Under the pieces are notes generated by a model. It had not been told where the DNA came from and ran no database searches. It was given only the letters and a program-made list of their open reading frames with translations. From an uncultured beta proteobacterium (GTDB taxonomy: Bacteria > Pseudomonadota > Gammaproteobacteria > Burkholderiales > Gallionellaceae), in assembly GCA_963757485.1 (NCBI GenBank), contig CAVWTZ010000123.1:2051-66050 (forward strand): a stretch of 64,000 nucleotides of DNA, in the 5' to 3' direction. The stretch's first letter is position 1. Each line of letters starts with the position of its first letter. Positions 20,411-31,598 of this stretch are shown one piece after another. Position numbers and translations under genes: made by a program.

Positions 20411-22027
20411 TCAAACCAGGCGCGCATCAAGCAAATTCCAGACAGCGTCCGCAGAACGCAACGCATCGATATCGCCGGTGTTGAGGAAGATCACGGCTGC
20501 ATCCATTTCCGCGCCGCTGAGCGGTTCATGGAAGATCTGCAATTTTTTCAATACGGCAACGTCGGCTTCGGAGGGATCGGTGCGCAGTCTGCTGCGCTGC
20601 GCGAGCCGCTTATCCAGCAGGGCCGCATCGGTCCGCACGCCGGTAATGACGAAAGGAACGCCGAGTTGCTGTGCCAGCGCACGGAAGGCTTCCCGCTCGG
20701 ATTTCAGCAAAAACGCGGCATCGACGATCACGGTGTAGCCGGCGGCAATCACGCCGCGCGCCAACTCCTGCAGGCGCGCGTAGGTGCGCCGCGTCGCGTC
20801 CTCGCTGTAGATGTCCGCATCGAGTTGGGCCCTGCTGTCGGCCAGCGGCGTCAAGCCGAACAGCCGCTTGCGTTCGACATCGGAGCGGACGCGGATCGCA
20901 CCCAGCCGCTCCAGCGCGATTTGCGCGACCGTGCTCTTGCCGCAACCGGGCAGCCCCTGGGTGATGATCACCGCGGGGCGGCGCTTTGTCAGGCAACCAT
21001 GGGCCAGGCGCAGATAACCGAGACAGGATTTCATTTCCTTTTTTATTCTTGCGCCGCGCTGGCTGGCGCGTATCGCGGCGATCTTTGCGCGTACCATCGC
21101 GCGGTAGCCGAGATAGAAACGCAGCACGCCGATACCGGAAAAATCGCCGGTGATTTCCAGATAGGCGTTGAGCAAACGCCACGCCAGTTGCGGTTGGCCG
21201 CGCCGCAGCAGATCCATGACGGTGAAGCTGATCTCGCTGATCACATCGATCCAGCGCAGCGCGGGGCTGAACTCGATGCAATCGAAAGGGGTGGGCACGT
21301 CGTCCAGCAGCACGATGTTGCCCAGATGCAGGTCGCCGTGGCACTCGCGCACCCGGCCTGCCGCCGCGCGCTGCCGGAACACCGGCTCGCATGCGGCGAA
21401 CTCGCCCGCGCTGGCTACGCGCACTGTTTCCAGCATCTCAATTTCACCGGGCGAACCGAGCATCTGCGGCAACGGTGCGAAGTTCTGTTCCGCAGCTTCC
21501 TTTATTTCGCTTGTCGCGCAATGCGGCGAATCCGCTGCGGCAGCGGGCAGCGCCTGGTGGAAATCCGCGATGACAGCGGCCAGTTTGTCGATATGCGCGG
21601 GGGTGATGAGGCCGCGCGCCATCATGCGGTCCATCATGCCGGATCGTGAAAAGCGCCGCATGTGCACCGCGTACTCGATGGCAGCGGGCTCTTTTTCTTG
21701 CACTGGGTTCAGCACAGGTTCTTCCGGGCTGCCGCCGATCGCGGCGACATCGAGGTAGAGCCCGGGTGCAAGGCGGCGATTCAGGCGCAGTTCTTCGTTG
21801 CAATAAAAGCGGCGCAGGTCCAGCGTGGAAAAATCGAGGAAGCCGAGATTGACGGCTTTCTTGATCTTGTACGCATCGCGCCCGGTCAGCAGCACCCACG
21901 AGATGTGCGTTTCTTCGACCCTGGGTTTGAGAGGAAAGAAACGTGGCGCGCACAGCGCATCCACCAGTTGCCGCTGGCGCAACAAATCTGCCGAATTGTC
22001 TGCCGATATTGGTTGAACGGGCATCAT
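20411..22027 (-). CDS. Bifunctional aminoglycoside-phosphotransferase-like / AAA_33 P-loop kinase
   Basis: 'ETHISWV', 'ECHGDLHLGNI', 'FDCIEF', Walker A 'GLPGCGKST', 'RSDVERKRL', 'DPSEAD'. Confidence 0.92.
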   Translation of the reverse strand: MMPVQPISADNSADLLRQRQLVDALCAPRFFPLKPRVEETHISWVLLTGRDAYKIKKAVNLGFLDFSTLDLRRFYCNEELRLNRRLAPGLYLDVAAIGGSPEEPVLNPVQEKEPAAIEYAVHMRRFSRSGMMDRMMARGLITPAHIDKLAAVIADFHQALPAAAADSPHCATSEIKEAAEQNFAPLPQMLGSPGEIEMLETVRVASAGEFAACEPVFRQRAAAGRVRECHGDLHLGNIVLLDDVPTPFDCIEFSPALRWIDVISEISFTVMDLLRRGQPQLAWRLLNAYLEITGDFSGIGVLRFYLGYRAMVRAKIAAIRASQRGARIKKEMKSCLGYLRLAHGCLTKRRPAVIITQGLPGCGKSTVAQIALERLGAIRVRSDVERKRLFGLTPLADSRAQLDADIYSEDATRRTYARLQELARGVIAAGYTVIVDAAFLLKSEREAFRALAQQLGVPFVITGVRTDAALLDKRLAQRSRLRTDPSEADVAVLKKLQIFHEPLSGAEMDAAVIFLNTGDIDALRSADAVWNLLDARLV

Positions 22028-22142
22028 GATAGTCCCTTGATGCGTTGCACTTTAGCACGGTTGTCCGGCATTTGCCGGGCGTTTGCCGGGTGGAAAAAAT
22101 CGGCGCACAATCGAACCGGATGTCACGAAAGGATATTAACGC

Positions 22143-22568
22143 ATGGCCGTCGCTGCACACTGGGAGCATTTTCCCCACCAGGCCGATGTCGGGGTGCGCG
22201 GCATTGGCGCGACGCTGGAACAGGCTTTCGAGCAGGCTGCGCTGGCGCTGACCGCGGTGCTCACGCGTCTGGAGTTTGTCGCGCCAGCGGAAATGATCCG
22301 GCTGTCCTGCAGTGCGCCCGATAATGAATTGCTGCTGGTCGACTGGCTCAATAGCCTGATCTATGAAATGGCGACGCGCAACATGCTGTTCAGCCGTTTC
22401 GAGGTGCGCACGGACGGAAATCATCTCACCGCGAATGCCTGGGGAGAAGCGCTTGAGGTAGCGCGCCACCATCCCGCAGTCGAAATAAAAGGCGCGACCT
22501 ATACCGCGCTGAAGGTTGCCCAACAGGCCGACGGAAGCTGGCTGGCGCAATGTGTGGTGGACGTATAG
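22143..22568 (+). CDS. Archease
   Basis: '[11 protein letters not shown]', 'EIKGATY', C-terminal 'CVVDV'; upstream of rtcB. Confidence 0.93.
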   Translation: MAVAAHWEHFPHQADVGVRGIGATLEQAFEQAALALTAVLTRLEFVAPAEMIRLSCSAPDNELLLVDWLNSLIYEMATRNMLFSRFEVRTDGNHLTANAWGEALEVARHHPAVEIKGATYTALKVAQQADGSWLAQCVVDV

Positions 22569-22569
22569 A

Positions 22570-22715
22570 TACATAGCGGCATAAATCTGCTGCGCGACTC
22601 CAAGACGGGGTCGGGCGGTGCTCGTGCTCCTCACATACTACGGTGTATGCTGCGGGCACTGCGCTCCGGCCTTCTCCGCCCCAGAGCGGTTCGCTGCGAT
22701 TTCTGCCACTATGTA
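22570..22715. repeat. RPE-like palindromic element between archease and rtcB
   Basis: Ends TACATAG...CTATGTA; aligns along its length with the reverse complement of 47260-47403. Confidence 0.85.
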
Positions 22716-22732
22716 TAGCAGAGGAATGTACC

Positions 22733-24174
22733 GTGGATATTGCACTGTTCGAACGCAAATCGGAATACGAATGGCACATCAGGCCGTTCGGGAAAATGCA
22801 TGTGCCGGGCGTGATCTTCGCCAGCGAGATTTTGCTGCGCGAGATGGATGCCAAGGTCTACGAGCAGGTCACCAATGTCGCGATGCTGCCGGGCATCGTC
22901 GAGGCATCCTGGGCGATGCCGGATGCGCACTGGGGCTACGGTTTCCCGATCGGCGGCGTGGCGGCGTTCGATGCCGAGCAGGGTGGCGTGGTTTCGGCGG
23001 GCGGCGTGGGCTTCGACATTTCCTGCGGCGTGCGCACCCTGCATACCGGCCTGCGTATTGAAGACATCGCTGCGGTGAAGATGCGCCTCGCGGACGCGCT
23101 GTACCACACGATACCGGCCGGCATGGGCAGCACCGGCGCGATCAGGCTGGATGCCGCGGGGATGGACGCGATGCTGAACGGCGGCGCGCGCTGGGCGGTG
23201 GAGCGCGGCTATCGGCGCGGCCGACGATCTGGAGCGCATCGAGGAAGGCGGCGTGCATGGCGGCGCCGACCCGGCGCAGCGTTTCCGAGCAGGCCAAGAA
23301 ACGCCAGCGTGACGAGATGGGCACGCTAGGCTCGGGCAACCATTATCTCGAAGTCCAGCAGGTGACCGATCGATGTACGCGGCCGGCCGCCGCCGCCGCG
23401 TTCGGCGCTGAAACAGGGCGATGTCGTGGTCAGCATCCATTGCGGCTCGCGCGGCCTCGGCCACCAGATCGGCACCGAATTCCTGAAGCGCATGGTGATT
23501 GCCGCGCCCGGCCACGGCGTCGAACTGCCCGACCGCGAACTGGCCTGCGCGCCGATCGCTTCGCCGCTCGGCAAGCGAATACCTCGGCGCGATGCGCGCC
23601 GCGATCAATTGCGCGCTGGCCAACCGCCAGATACTCACCCACCTGACGCGCGCGAGTGTTTGAAACAGTACTTGCCGCAGGCGCGGCTGCCGCTGCTGTA
23701 CGACGTGTCGCACAACACCTGCAAGGTCGAGGAGCATGAAGTCGGCGGCCGCAGGAACGCAAGCTGTACGTGCATCGCAAGGGCGCGACGCGCGCATTCG
23801 GGCCGGGCCATCCCGACCTGCCGCATCATTTGAGGGAGGCCGGCCAGCCGGTGCTGATCGGCGGCAGCATGGGCACCGCGTCCTACATCCTGGCCGGGAC
23901 GGAACAGGGCATGCAGCTCGCATTCGGCTCGGCCTGCCACGGCGCGGGACGCGCGATGAGCCGCCACGAGGCGCTGCGCAACTGGAGCGGCCGGAAAGTT
24001 GTCGACGATCTGGAAGGGCACGGCATATTGATACGCAGCCCATCGATGCGCGGGGTTGCCGAGGAGGCGCCGGGCGCTTACAAGGATGTCAGCGCGGTCG
24101 TCGATGCCGCCGACCGGGCCGGGCTGGCGCGCAAGGTGGCGCGGGTGAAGCCGCTAATCTGCATCAAGGGCTAA
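22733..24174 (+). pseudogene. rtcB: RtcB RNA ligase, split by several frameshifts in ~23210-23770 (pseudogene or sequence error)
   Basis: 'MPDAHWGYGFPIG', 'GFDISCGVR', 'GTLGSGNHYLE', 'HCGSRG', 'YDVSHN', 'HRKGATR', 'HGAGR', 'EEAPGAYK' found in different frames. Confidence 0.9.
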
Positions 24175-24218
24175 CAGCACCCTACAAAAAACTGCTCTGA
24201 AAGTGTTTTAGTAATGAG

Positions 24219-24827
24219 GTGCCAATGGACACACCGAATCGGAATGAATATCAACCTCGAACAGGCGACGCACTGCTGATCGTCGACGTGCAGAACGATT
24301 TCCTGCCCGGCGGCAGCCTGGCGGTGCCGCATGGCGACAAGGTGGTGACTGCGCTGAATCGTTATCTGAAAGTTTTCTACATGCAGAACCTGCCGGTGTA
24401 TGCGACGCGCGACTGGCACCCGGTGCAGCATTGCTCCTTCCGCGCCCAGGGCGGGCCGTGGCCGCCGCACTGCGTGGCAGATACCAGCGGGGCCGCAATC
24501 GCCGCCTCGCTGCAACTGCCGCCGGCCACGGCGATCATCTCCAAGGCGACGACGGATAAACGCGATGCCTACTCCGGTTTTGAGGGCACGGATCTGCACC
24601 GGAGTTTGCGTGCTTCCCGAATCCGCCGCCTGTTCATCGGCGGCCTTGCGACAGATTACTGCGTGCTCAATACCGTGCGCGATGCGCTGAAACTGGGCTA
24701 CAAGGTATTTTTGCTGGCCGACGCGATCCGGGCGGTGGATGTGCAGCCCGGCGACGGACAGCGCGCAGAAGATGAAATGCTCGGCCTCGGCGCGCAGCGC
24801 ATCACGGCCGAAGAGGCGGGCGCATGA
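24219..24827 (+). CDS. pncA: Nicotinamidase / pyrazinamidase
   Basis: 'VDVQNDFLPGGSLAV', 'RDWHP', 'WPPHC', 'YSGF', 'GLATDYCV'. Confidence 0.92.
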   Translation: MPMDTPNRNEYQPRTGDALLIVDVQNDFLPGGSLAVPHGDKVVTALNRYLKVFYMQNLPVYATRDWHPVQHCSFRAQGGPWPPHCVADTSGAAIAASLQLPPATAIISKATTDKRDAYSGFEGTDLHRSLRASRIRRLFIGGLATDYCVLNTVRDALKLGYKVFLLADAIRAVDVQPGDGQRAEDEMLGLGAQRITAEEAGA

Positions 24828-24859
24828 ATCCCGCAATGAATCCGGCAATGAATCCGGCA
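24824..24859 (+). repeat. 3 x 12-bp tandem repeat ATGAATCC(C/G)GCA at the pncB start
   Basis: Directly visible; encodes MNPAMNPAMNPA. Confidence 0.9.
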
Positions 24860-26188
24860 AACAGCGCGCTGCTCACCGATCTCTACCAGCTGACGATGCT
24901 GCAGGGCTATCACGACTGCGGCATGGATGACGTCGCGGTGTTCGAATTTTTTGTGCGCAAACTGCGTCCCGGGCGCGGCTTTCTGATGGCGGCCGGTCTG
25001 GAGCAATCACTGCAATTTCTGGAAGGCTTGCATTTTTCTTCCGAAGAACTGGCATGGCTGGCAAACACCGGGCGATTCAGCGACGGATTTCTCGCCAGTC
25101 TTGAAGCGCTGCGCTTCACCGGCGATGTGCATGCGATGCCGGAAGGCACGATATTCTTTCCGGACGAACCCATACTGCGCATCACCGCGCCTATCGCGCA
25201 GGCGCAGCTGGTCGAGACGCGGCTGATCAACCTGCTGCATTTCCAGACGCTGATCGCCTCGAAGGCGGCGCGCATGGTGCTGATGGCCCCGGACAAGCTG
25301 CTGGTGGATTTCGGACTGCGCCGCGCGCACGGCGCGGAAGCGGGGCTGCTTGCGGCGCGCGCCAGTTATCTCGCCGGGTTCAACGGCACGGCAACGGTGC
25401 AGGCCGGCATGCAGTTCGGCATTCCGCTGTTCGGCACGATGGCGCATTCCTTCGTGCAGTCCCACGACGACGAGAGGCTGGCCTTCGAACATTTCGCCCA
25501 TGCGCAGCCGGACAATGTCGTGCTGCTGATCGACACCTACGACACCGAAGAAGCGGCACGCAAGGTGGTGGCGCTCGCGCCCGGGCTGGAACGCGCGGGC
25601 ATCCGGGTCAAGGGCGTGCGCATCGATTCCGGCAATCTCGCCGACCATGCGCGCCAGGTGCGGAAAATTCTCGACGAAGGCGGACTCAGGCATGTCACGA
25701 TCTTCGCCAGCGGCGACCTGGACGAGTATCTGCTGCGCGACATGTTTGCCTCGGGCGCGCCGATAGACGGTCTCGGTATCGGCACGCACATGGACACTTC
25801 GAGCGACATGCCCTATCTCGACTGCGCCTACAAGTTGCAGGAATATGCAAGCAAGGCGCGGCGCAAGCGTTCCGAAGGCAAACAGACCTGGCCCGGGCGC
25901 AAGCAGGTGTACCGCAACCTTGACGCCGATGGCCGCATCGCATCCGATATCGTTACGCTGGAAAGCGATGTGCAACCGGGCGAGCCGCTGGTCGTGCCGG
26001 TGATGCGCGGCGGAAAGCGCATCGCGGAAACCGCGCCGCTTGCGGACAGCCGCAGCCGCGCGGCAATGAATCTGGCGCGGCTGCCGGAGCCGCTGCGCCA
26101 GCTTGAACCTTATGCCTGCAGCGTGGAAATTTCCGGCGCGCTGCACGAGCTTGCCGCACAGGTCGACCGCGAAACATTCGACAAATAA
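24824..26188 (+). CDS. pncB: Nicotinate phosphoribosyltransferase
   Basis: 'LLTDLYQLTM', 'DFGLRRAHG', 'GTMAHS', 'LIDTYD', 'GVRIDSG'. Confidence 0.95.
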   Translation: MNPAMNPAMNPANSALLTDLYQLTMLQGYHDCGMDDVAVFEFFVRKLRPGRGFLMAAGLEQSLQFLEGLHFSSEELAWLANTGRFSDGFLASLEALRFTGDVHAMPEGTIFFPDEPILRITAPIAQAQLVETRLINLLHFQTLIASKAARMVLMAPDKLLVDFGLRRAHGAEAGLLAARASYLAGFNGTATVQAGMQFGIPLFGTMAHSFVQSHDDERLAFEHFAHAQPDNVVLLIDTYDTEEAARKVVALAPGLERAGIRVKGVRIDSGNLADHARQVRKILDEGGLRHVTIFASGDLDEYLLRDMFASGAPIDGLGIGTHMDTSSDMPYLDCAYKLQEYASKARRKRSEGKQTWPGRKQVYRNLDADGRIASDIVTLESDVQPGEPLVVPVMRGGKRIAETAPLADSRSRAAMNLARLPEPLRQLEPYACSVEISGALHELAAQVDRETFDK

Positions 26189-26202
26189 CAGGAGGACTGG
26201 CC

Positions 26203-26478
26203 ATGAATGAACATGCCGATACACCCGCACAGGACCGGAATATCTGGATACGCGGATTGTTCATGCTGTTGCTGATCCTGGCGCTCCATGTATCCGGAAC
26301 GGTGATATTTATCGTTGCGGCCATTCAATTCGTGATGCTGCTGGCCGGCAAGCCCGATGCGCGGCTGGTTGCGTTTGGCCGCAGCCTTGGGCGCTACTTG
26401 CAGCAGATCGCGAATTTTCTGACTTTTGCCACTGAAGAGATGCCATTCCCGTTCGGCGATTGGCCGGCAGGCGACTGA
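26203..26478 (+). CDS. DUF4389 family membrane protein
   Basis: 'WIRGLFMLL...FLTFATEEMPFPFGDWP'. Confidence 0.88.
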   Translation: MNEHADTPAQDRNIWIRGLFMLLLILALHVSGTVIFIVAAIQFVMLLAGKPDARLVAFGRSLGRYLQQIANFLTFATEEMPFPFGDWPAGD

Positions 26479-26655
26479 CATTCACACGGGCATGGCGAAG
26501 GCGCGGGCACGTTTTGGAACAGACTGCGCGTTTTGCTGTTCATGATTCCGGTATATTGCGGTCCGGCGGTTTTCTTGTTAGCGTTCGCCAGTCAGCGGTC
26601 CGCCGGCACCATGACACAAACTCTATTCCGTGACACATATCGGGCGCAATTTAAA

Positions 26656-28413
26656 ATGATCTCAATACGCCACCTGTCGGTTGTCGCTGTCACGTTCGGG
26701 TTGATCGCCGCGCTGGTGTTTCTTTATATCAAGACTGAAGCTGTCGACCTCGGCGAACGCAATTCGGTTGTTGCGCTGTTGGGCGAACTGCAGGAGATAG
26801 AGGGAAGATGGGACAGCGACGTGCTGCGTATGCGCGCGGAGACGGATCCCGGCCGGGACAACCTGCCGGACCGCGCCTCCGTAGCCAGGAACGTGCTCAG
26901 GGCTTTGAAAAATGCGTTGCCGCAAGTCGACAGCCAGGCATTGAACGAGAATCTGGGAACGATCACAACAGCGTTCACCGAGAAAGCCGAGCTGGTCGAA
27001 AATTACAAGGCCGTGATCGGCGGTTCAAAAAATGCGTTGCTCAAGATGATGTCCATTGCGGATCGGCAGGATGCGATGAAAGGGAAATCCGGCAAGCTCG
27101 ATGCGCGGCAACAGGAATTCGTCGAGGCCCTCGACGAGGTTGCCGCAGCCGCTTCCGGCTATTATTTTCTGGGACAGGATGCGCAGCGCAAAAAACTCGA
27201 AAATTCGGCGACAAGGATGCTGGCATTATTTGGCGCCGCGAATGCAGCAGAACATGAAATAGTCAACGAAATGTATGACGCCGCCCAGGAGATGCTCAGA
27301 TCCGAACCGACCGGGCAGGCGCTGTTATCCAGGATAGAACAGCTGAATTCGGGACCCCGGCTCAGCGGGATGCTGCTCTCGCTCAACCGTGAACTCGAAG
27401 AAAAGCTGGCCGAGAAGGAGCGTTTCCGCGTTTACATGATCGCCTATGCCGCCGCGCTGCTGGTCGGGCTGGCTTATCTCGGCGTCCGGATCGTGGCGGC
27501 GAACGTATTGCTGGAACGCCGCGTCACGGAACGCACCAGCGAGCTCTCCGATGCGTTGCGGCATCTCAAGGAATCCGAAACGAAACTGATCCAGTCCGAA
27601 AAAATGTCATCGCTCGGGCAGATGGTCGCAGGCATTGTGCACGAGATCAACACGCCGCTTGCCTACGTGAACAACAGCCTGTCTGCGGTCAATGACCGCC
27701 TTCCGGAAGTCGCCAGTGCGATAAGCAGTTGTGAAACATTGCTGGCTTTGCTCAATGACCCGAATAGCCGGGCAGAAGACCTGAACCGGCAGTTTGTGCT
27801 GGTATCCGGGCAGCTCGAACAGATCAGCCAGCATGAGTTGCTGGGCGAACTTGCCGCTCTGGCCAAGGACGGGCTGTACGGTACCGCGCAAGTCGTGGAG
27901 ATCGTTTCCAACCTGAGGGATTTCAGCCGTCTCGACCGCAGCAAGGTGAGCAGTTTCAATGTGAATGACGGTCTCAACAGCACATTGAGTCTTGCGCGCC
28001 ATTTGCTCAAGTCGGTCAAGGTGAACAAGGAGTTGCATGAGATACCCGACATCACCTGTGCACCGTCGCAAATCAACCAGGTGTTTCTCAACCTGATTAT
28101 AAATGCTGCGCAGGCGCTGCCGCCGCATGGCGGGGAGATCACACTTTTCACGCGGATTGAAAACGATGGCATCGCAATCGATATTGCCGACAACGGGAAA
28201 GGCATTCCGCCCGACGTGTTGCCGAAAATTTTCGACCCGTTTTTCACCACCAAGGAGATCGGCAAGGGTACCGGCCTCGGGCTGTCCATTTCATACCAGA
28301 TCATCAGGGATCACGGAGGTCGCATCGATGTCGAATCGCAGGTTGGACAGGGAACGAAATTTACCGTATGGTTGCCGTTGCAGCCGCCTTCCGAAACCAA
28401 ACTCACCACCTGA
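26656..28413 (+). CDS. Sensor histidine kinase with DAHL-like periplasmic domain
   Basis: Two TM segments; '[20 protein letters not shown]', '[11 protein letters not shown]', 'DNGKGIP', 'GTGLGL'. Confidence 0.9.
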   Translation: MISIRHLSVVAVTFGLIAALVFLYIKTEAVDLGERNSVVALLGELQEIEGRWDSDVLRMRAETDPGRDNLPDRASVARNVLRALKNALPQVDSQALNENLGTITTAFTEKAELVENYKAVIGGSKNALLKMMSIADRQDAMKGKSGKLDARQQEFVEALDEVAAAASGYYFLGQDAQRKKLENSATRMLALFGAANAAEHEIVNEMYDAAQEMLRSEPTGQALLSRIEQLNSGPRLSGMLLSLNRELEEKLAEKERFRVYMIAYAAALLVGLAYLGVRIVAANVLLERRVTERTSELSDALRHLKESETKLIQSEKMSSLGQMVAGIVHEINTPLAYVNNSLSAVNDRLPEVASAISSCETLLALLNDPNSRAEDLNRQFVLVSGQLEQISQHELLGELAALAKDGLYGTAQVVEIVSNLRDFSRLDRSKVSSFNVNDGLNSTLSLARHLLKSVKVNKELHEIPDITCAPSQINQVFLNLIINAAQALPPHGGEITLFTRIENDGIAIDIADNGKGIPPDVLPKIFDPFFTTKEIGKGTGLGLSISYQIIRDHGGRIDVESQVGQGTKFTVWLPLQPPSETKLTT

Positions 28414-28419
28414 GCTACT

Positions 28420-30384
28420 GTGATGAATCAACCGCAAAAAATCGGCAAGTATGAAGTCCGTTCCGTTCTCGGCAAAGGGGCTATGGGGACAGTCTATAAA
28501 TGTTTCGACCCGCAGATTTCGCGTTGGGTTGCGATCAAGGCCATCGTAAAGGCGTCGTTCAACCCGGTCGACCTGCGACAATTGATCATCCGCTTCCGCC
28601 ACGAAGCCCAGGCGGTAGGACGGCTTATCCATCCGCGCATCGTGCAGGTCTACGACTACGGAGAGGACGACCAGCTCGCCTACATCGTGATGGAGCTGGT
28701 GAACGGCAAATCATTGCAGGAACACCTCCAGAATGGCACGCATTTCAGCCTCGCCGAGATTGTCGAGATCATCAGGCGGTTGCTCGACGGGCTCGCTTAT
28801 GTGCATTCCGAGGGCATCGTGCATCGCGACCTCAAGCCGTCGAACATCCTGATCAACGGCGATGGCCGCGTCAAGATTTGCGATTTTGGCATTGCACATT
28901 CCGAATCGTCCGAACTCACCAGGGTAGGCGACGTGCTCGGTTCGCTCCACTACATGTCGCCGGAGCAATTGATCGGCATGCCGGTCGACGCGCGCTCCGA
29001 CATCTATGCGGTTGGCGTGATTGCGTATGAGCTCCTGACCGGCAAAAAGCCTTTCCTCGGCAAAAGCGTAGCCGTCATGCAGCAGGTGGTCCACGAGCCT
29101 CCGGTGGCGCCGTCCATCATCAACCCCGAACTTCCACCGCAGTTCGATCGGGTGATACTGAAAGCGCTGGCCAAGGATAGCGAGAGGCGATACCAGACTG
29201 CACGGGAGTTTTCCGATGCATTCATGGAGGCTGCCGGTGTCGCCATCAATCGCGGGACGATAGAGTCACCGGCCGAATCGTCCGGACCGTATCCGATTCT
29301 GAAGCACGTCGTTGCGACGGATAACATCCTGGCCAATGCCCGCATGATCATCCCCCGCGTTGCCGAGCATACCTCTGCCGGTACCGGCAGCGAGGATACC
29401 GAACCGGGGCTGGCACCTCAGGAATCATTTGCCGAAAGCGAGGACAGCCAGTTCGCCCTCGACACGAGCGTAAAAAAGGCACGCATCCTGGCGGTGGACG
29501 ATGACGAGCGCATCCTGAACGGGCTGAAAGCGCTGTTTCGCATGCGTTACCATGTATTCACCACGACCAACCCCAACCAGGCGCTCGACTTCATCAAACG
29601 CCACAAGATCAACGTCATCATCAGCGACCAGCGCATGCCAACCATGCCCGGAGTGGAGTTGTTGCGCCAGGCACGCGAAATTTCTCCCAACACCGTCCGT
29701 ATCCTGCTCACCGGTTATTCCGATCTGGCAGCCATCGTTGGCTCGATCAATGACGGCGAAGTCTACCGCTTCATCAGCAAACCCTGGGATAACCAGGAAT
29801 TGCAGCGGACCATAGCGGAAGCGGTTACCATTTCCCTGGAACTCGACAATGTCCCTGCCATCACTGTCGTGTTGCCGGACAACTTGCAAGTGGGCATTTT
29901 AGTCATAGACACCGATGAGGAGACTTACCGGGTCACCAAAGGGCTGATAGACGGCCTGTGCCCGGTGCATTATGCGGCCGACCTGGATGCCGCGATCGCG
30001 CTGATGCAGGAACATGAAATTGCCGTGCTGCTCGCCGATGTCGGAACGGGCAACGAAGAGATGGCGGCCATGATCAAGCTGCTCAAACAAGAGAATCCGC
30101 AGATACTTTCCATCGTTCTCACCGCCGAATCAGATTCGGACATGGTGATAGAAATGATCAATCAGGCGCAGATATTCCGCTTCCTGAACAAACCGGTGAA
30201 AGTGAATTTGCTCAAGAAATACCTGCTTGCCGCGCTCGAGCAGTACGTGGCCTTTGAAAATTCGCCGCAGTTGCTTAAGCAGTTTCATTTGCATGAATCC
30301 GGCCAGTTGCGCAATTCATCGGTCGGTAAAAGGATACTTGAAGGAATAGCGGCACTGTCCGATCGCTGGTTCAAGGCCGGATGA
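28420..30384 (+). CDS. Hanks-type Ser/Thr kinase fused to two receiver domains
   Basis: 'LGKGAMG', 'HRDLKPSN', 'DFG', 'YMSPE'; REC1 'VDDD..SDQRMP..KPW'; divergent REC2 'IDTD..ADVG..KPV'. Confidence 0.92.
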   Translation: MMNQPQKIGKYEVRSVLGKGAMGTVYKCFDPQISRWVAIKAIVKASFNPVDLRQLIIRFRHEAQAVGRLIHPRIVQVYDYGEDDQLAYIVMELVNGKSLQEHLQNGTHFSLAEIVEIIRRLLDGLAYVHSEGIVHRDLKPSNILINGDGRVKICDFGIAHSESSELTRVGDVLGSLHYMSPEQLIGMPVDARSDIYAVGVIAYELLTGKKPFLGKSVAVMQQVVHEPPVAPSIINPELPPQFDRVILKALAKDSERRYQTAREFSDAFMEAAGVAINRGTIESPAESSGPYPILKHVVATDNILANARMIIPRVAEHTSAGTGSEDTEPGLAPQESFAESEDSQFALDTSVKKARILAVDDDERILNGLKALFRMRYHVFTTTNPNQALDFIKRHKINVIISDQRMPTMPGVELLRQAREISPNTVRILLTGYSDLAAIVGSINDGEVYRFISKPWDNQELQRTIAEAVTISLELDNVPAITVVLPDNLQVGILVIDTDEETYRVTKGLIDGLCPVHYAADLDAAIALMQEHEIAVLLADVGTGNEEMAAMIKLLKQENPQILSIVLTAESDSDMVIEMINQAQIFRFLNKPVKVNLLKKYLLAALEQYVAFENSPQLLKQFHLHESGQLRNSSVGKRILEGIAALSDRWFKAG

Positions 30385-30403
30385 ACCCATGCAAGGCCGC
30401 CAC

Positions 30404-31519
30404 ATGAATATCGGCATACCAAAGGAAATCAAACCCGACGAGAACCGCATCTCGCTGGTTCCGGCCGGCGTGGCGGCTTTGGTGTCGGCAGGACACACGG
30501 TCATCGTCGAAACGGGAGCGGGGCTGGGCAGTGACTTCACCGATGCGCAATACCTGGCGGCAGGCGCGCAAATCGCCAGGGATGCCGATGCGGTGTGGGC
30601 GGCAGCCGAGCTGATCGTCAAGGTGAAAGAGCCGATAGCGCCGGAATGGAAACGCATCAGACCCGATCACATCATTTTCACCTACTTTCATTTCGCCGCA
30701 AACGAGTCTGTGAGCAGAGCGCTTGTCGCCTCCGGCGCGGTTTGCATCGCGTATGAAACCGTCGAACTGCCTTCGGGCGAACTGCCGCTGCTGACGCCGA
30801 TGTCGGAAGTGGCCGGGCGCATGGCGGCGCAGGAAGGCGCCAAGTATCTGGAACAACTGTATGGCGGGCGCGGCATACTGCTCGGCGGCGTGCCGGGTGT
30901 GCAGCCCGGCAAGGTGGTGATCATCGGCGGCGGGGTGGTCGGCGCGAATGCGGCGAAGATCGCGGCCGGGATGGGCGCCCGTGTCGTGATCCTCGATACA
31001 TCGCTGGAACGGTTGCGCTTTCTGGGCGATGTGATGCCGGCCAACGTGCAGCTGATATTTTCAAACCGGCACAATCTGCTGGACCAGATTGCCGGCGCCG
31101 ATCTGGTCATCGGCGCGGTGCTGGTGCATGGTGCCGTCGCACCGAAACTGATACGCCGTGAAGACCTGGCGAAATTGCGCAGGGGCGCGGTGATCGTCGA
31201 TGTCTCCATCGACCAGGGCGGCTGCGTCGAGACCATGCATCCGACCACACACGAGAACCCGATCTTCATCCTCGATGGCATCGTCCATTACGGTGTGGCC
31301 AATATGCCGGGCGGATTGCCGCTCACCTCCACGCTGGCGCTGACCAACGCAACCCTGCCTTATGTGCTGCAATTGGCGAACAAGGGATACAGGCAGGCGC
31401 TGGAAGAATCCCCGGCACTGCTGAAGGGACTCAACATCATCGGCGGAAAAATAACGTACAGGAAAGTTGCCGAGGCATTCGGGCTGGAGCATCACCATGC
31501 CGAAGCATTGATCGGCTGA
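30404..31519 (+). CDS. ald: Alanine dehydrogenase
   Basis: 'IGIPKEIK..ENR', 'KVKEP', 'PMSEVAGR', 'DQGGC', 'VANMPG'. Confidence 0.96.
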   Translation: MNIGIPKEIKPDENRISLVPAGVAALVSAGHTVIVETGAGLGSDFTDAQYLAAGAQIARDADAVWAAAELIVKVKEPIAPEWKRIRPDHIIFTYFHFAANESVSRALVASGAVCIAYETVELPSGELPLLTPMSEVAGRMAAQEGAKYLEQLYGGRGILLGGVPGVQPGKVVIIGGGVVGANAAKIAAGMGARVVILDTSLERLRFLGDVMPANVQLIFSNRHNLLDQIAGADLVIGAVLVHGAVAPKLIRREDLAKLRRGAVIVDVSIDQGGCVETMHPTTHENPIFILDGIVHYGVANMPGGLPLTSTLALTNATLPYVLQLANKGYRQALEESPALLKGLNIIGGKITYRKVAEAFGLEHHHAEALIG

Positions 31520-31598
31520 CACTGGCCGCGCGTCCCGGCTTTTTGCACTGACACGGAACATCGCAGCGGTTAAGGCAGGGAACCTATTCCATTATTTT

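Noticed and set aside
23210-23770. rtcB fragmentation as an intein, intron or split gene
   Set aside because: Total length is normal and all motifs are collinear; only small indels are present.
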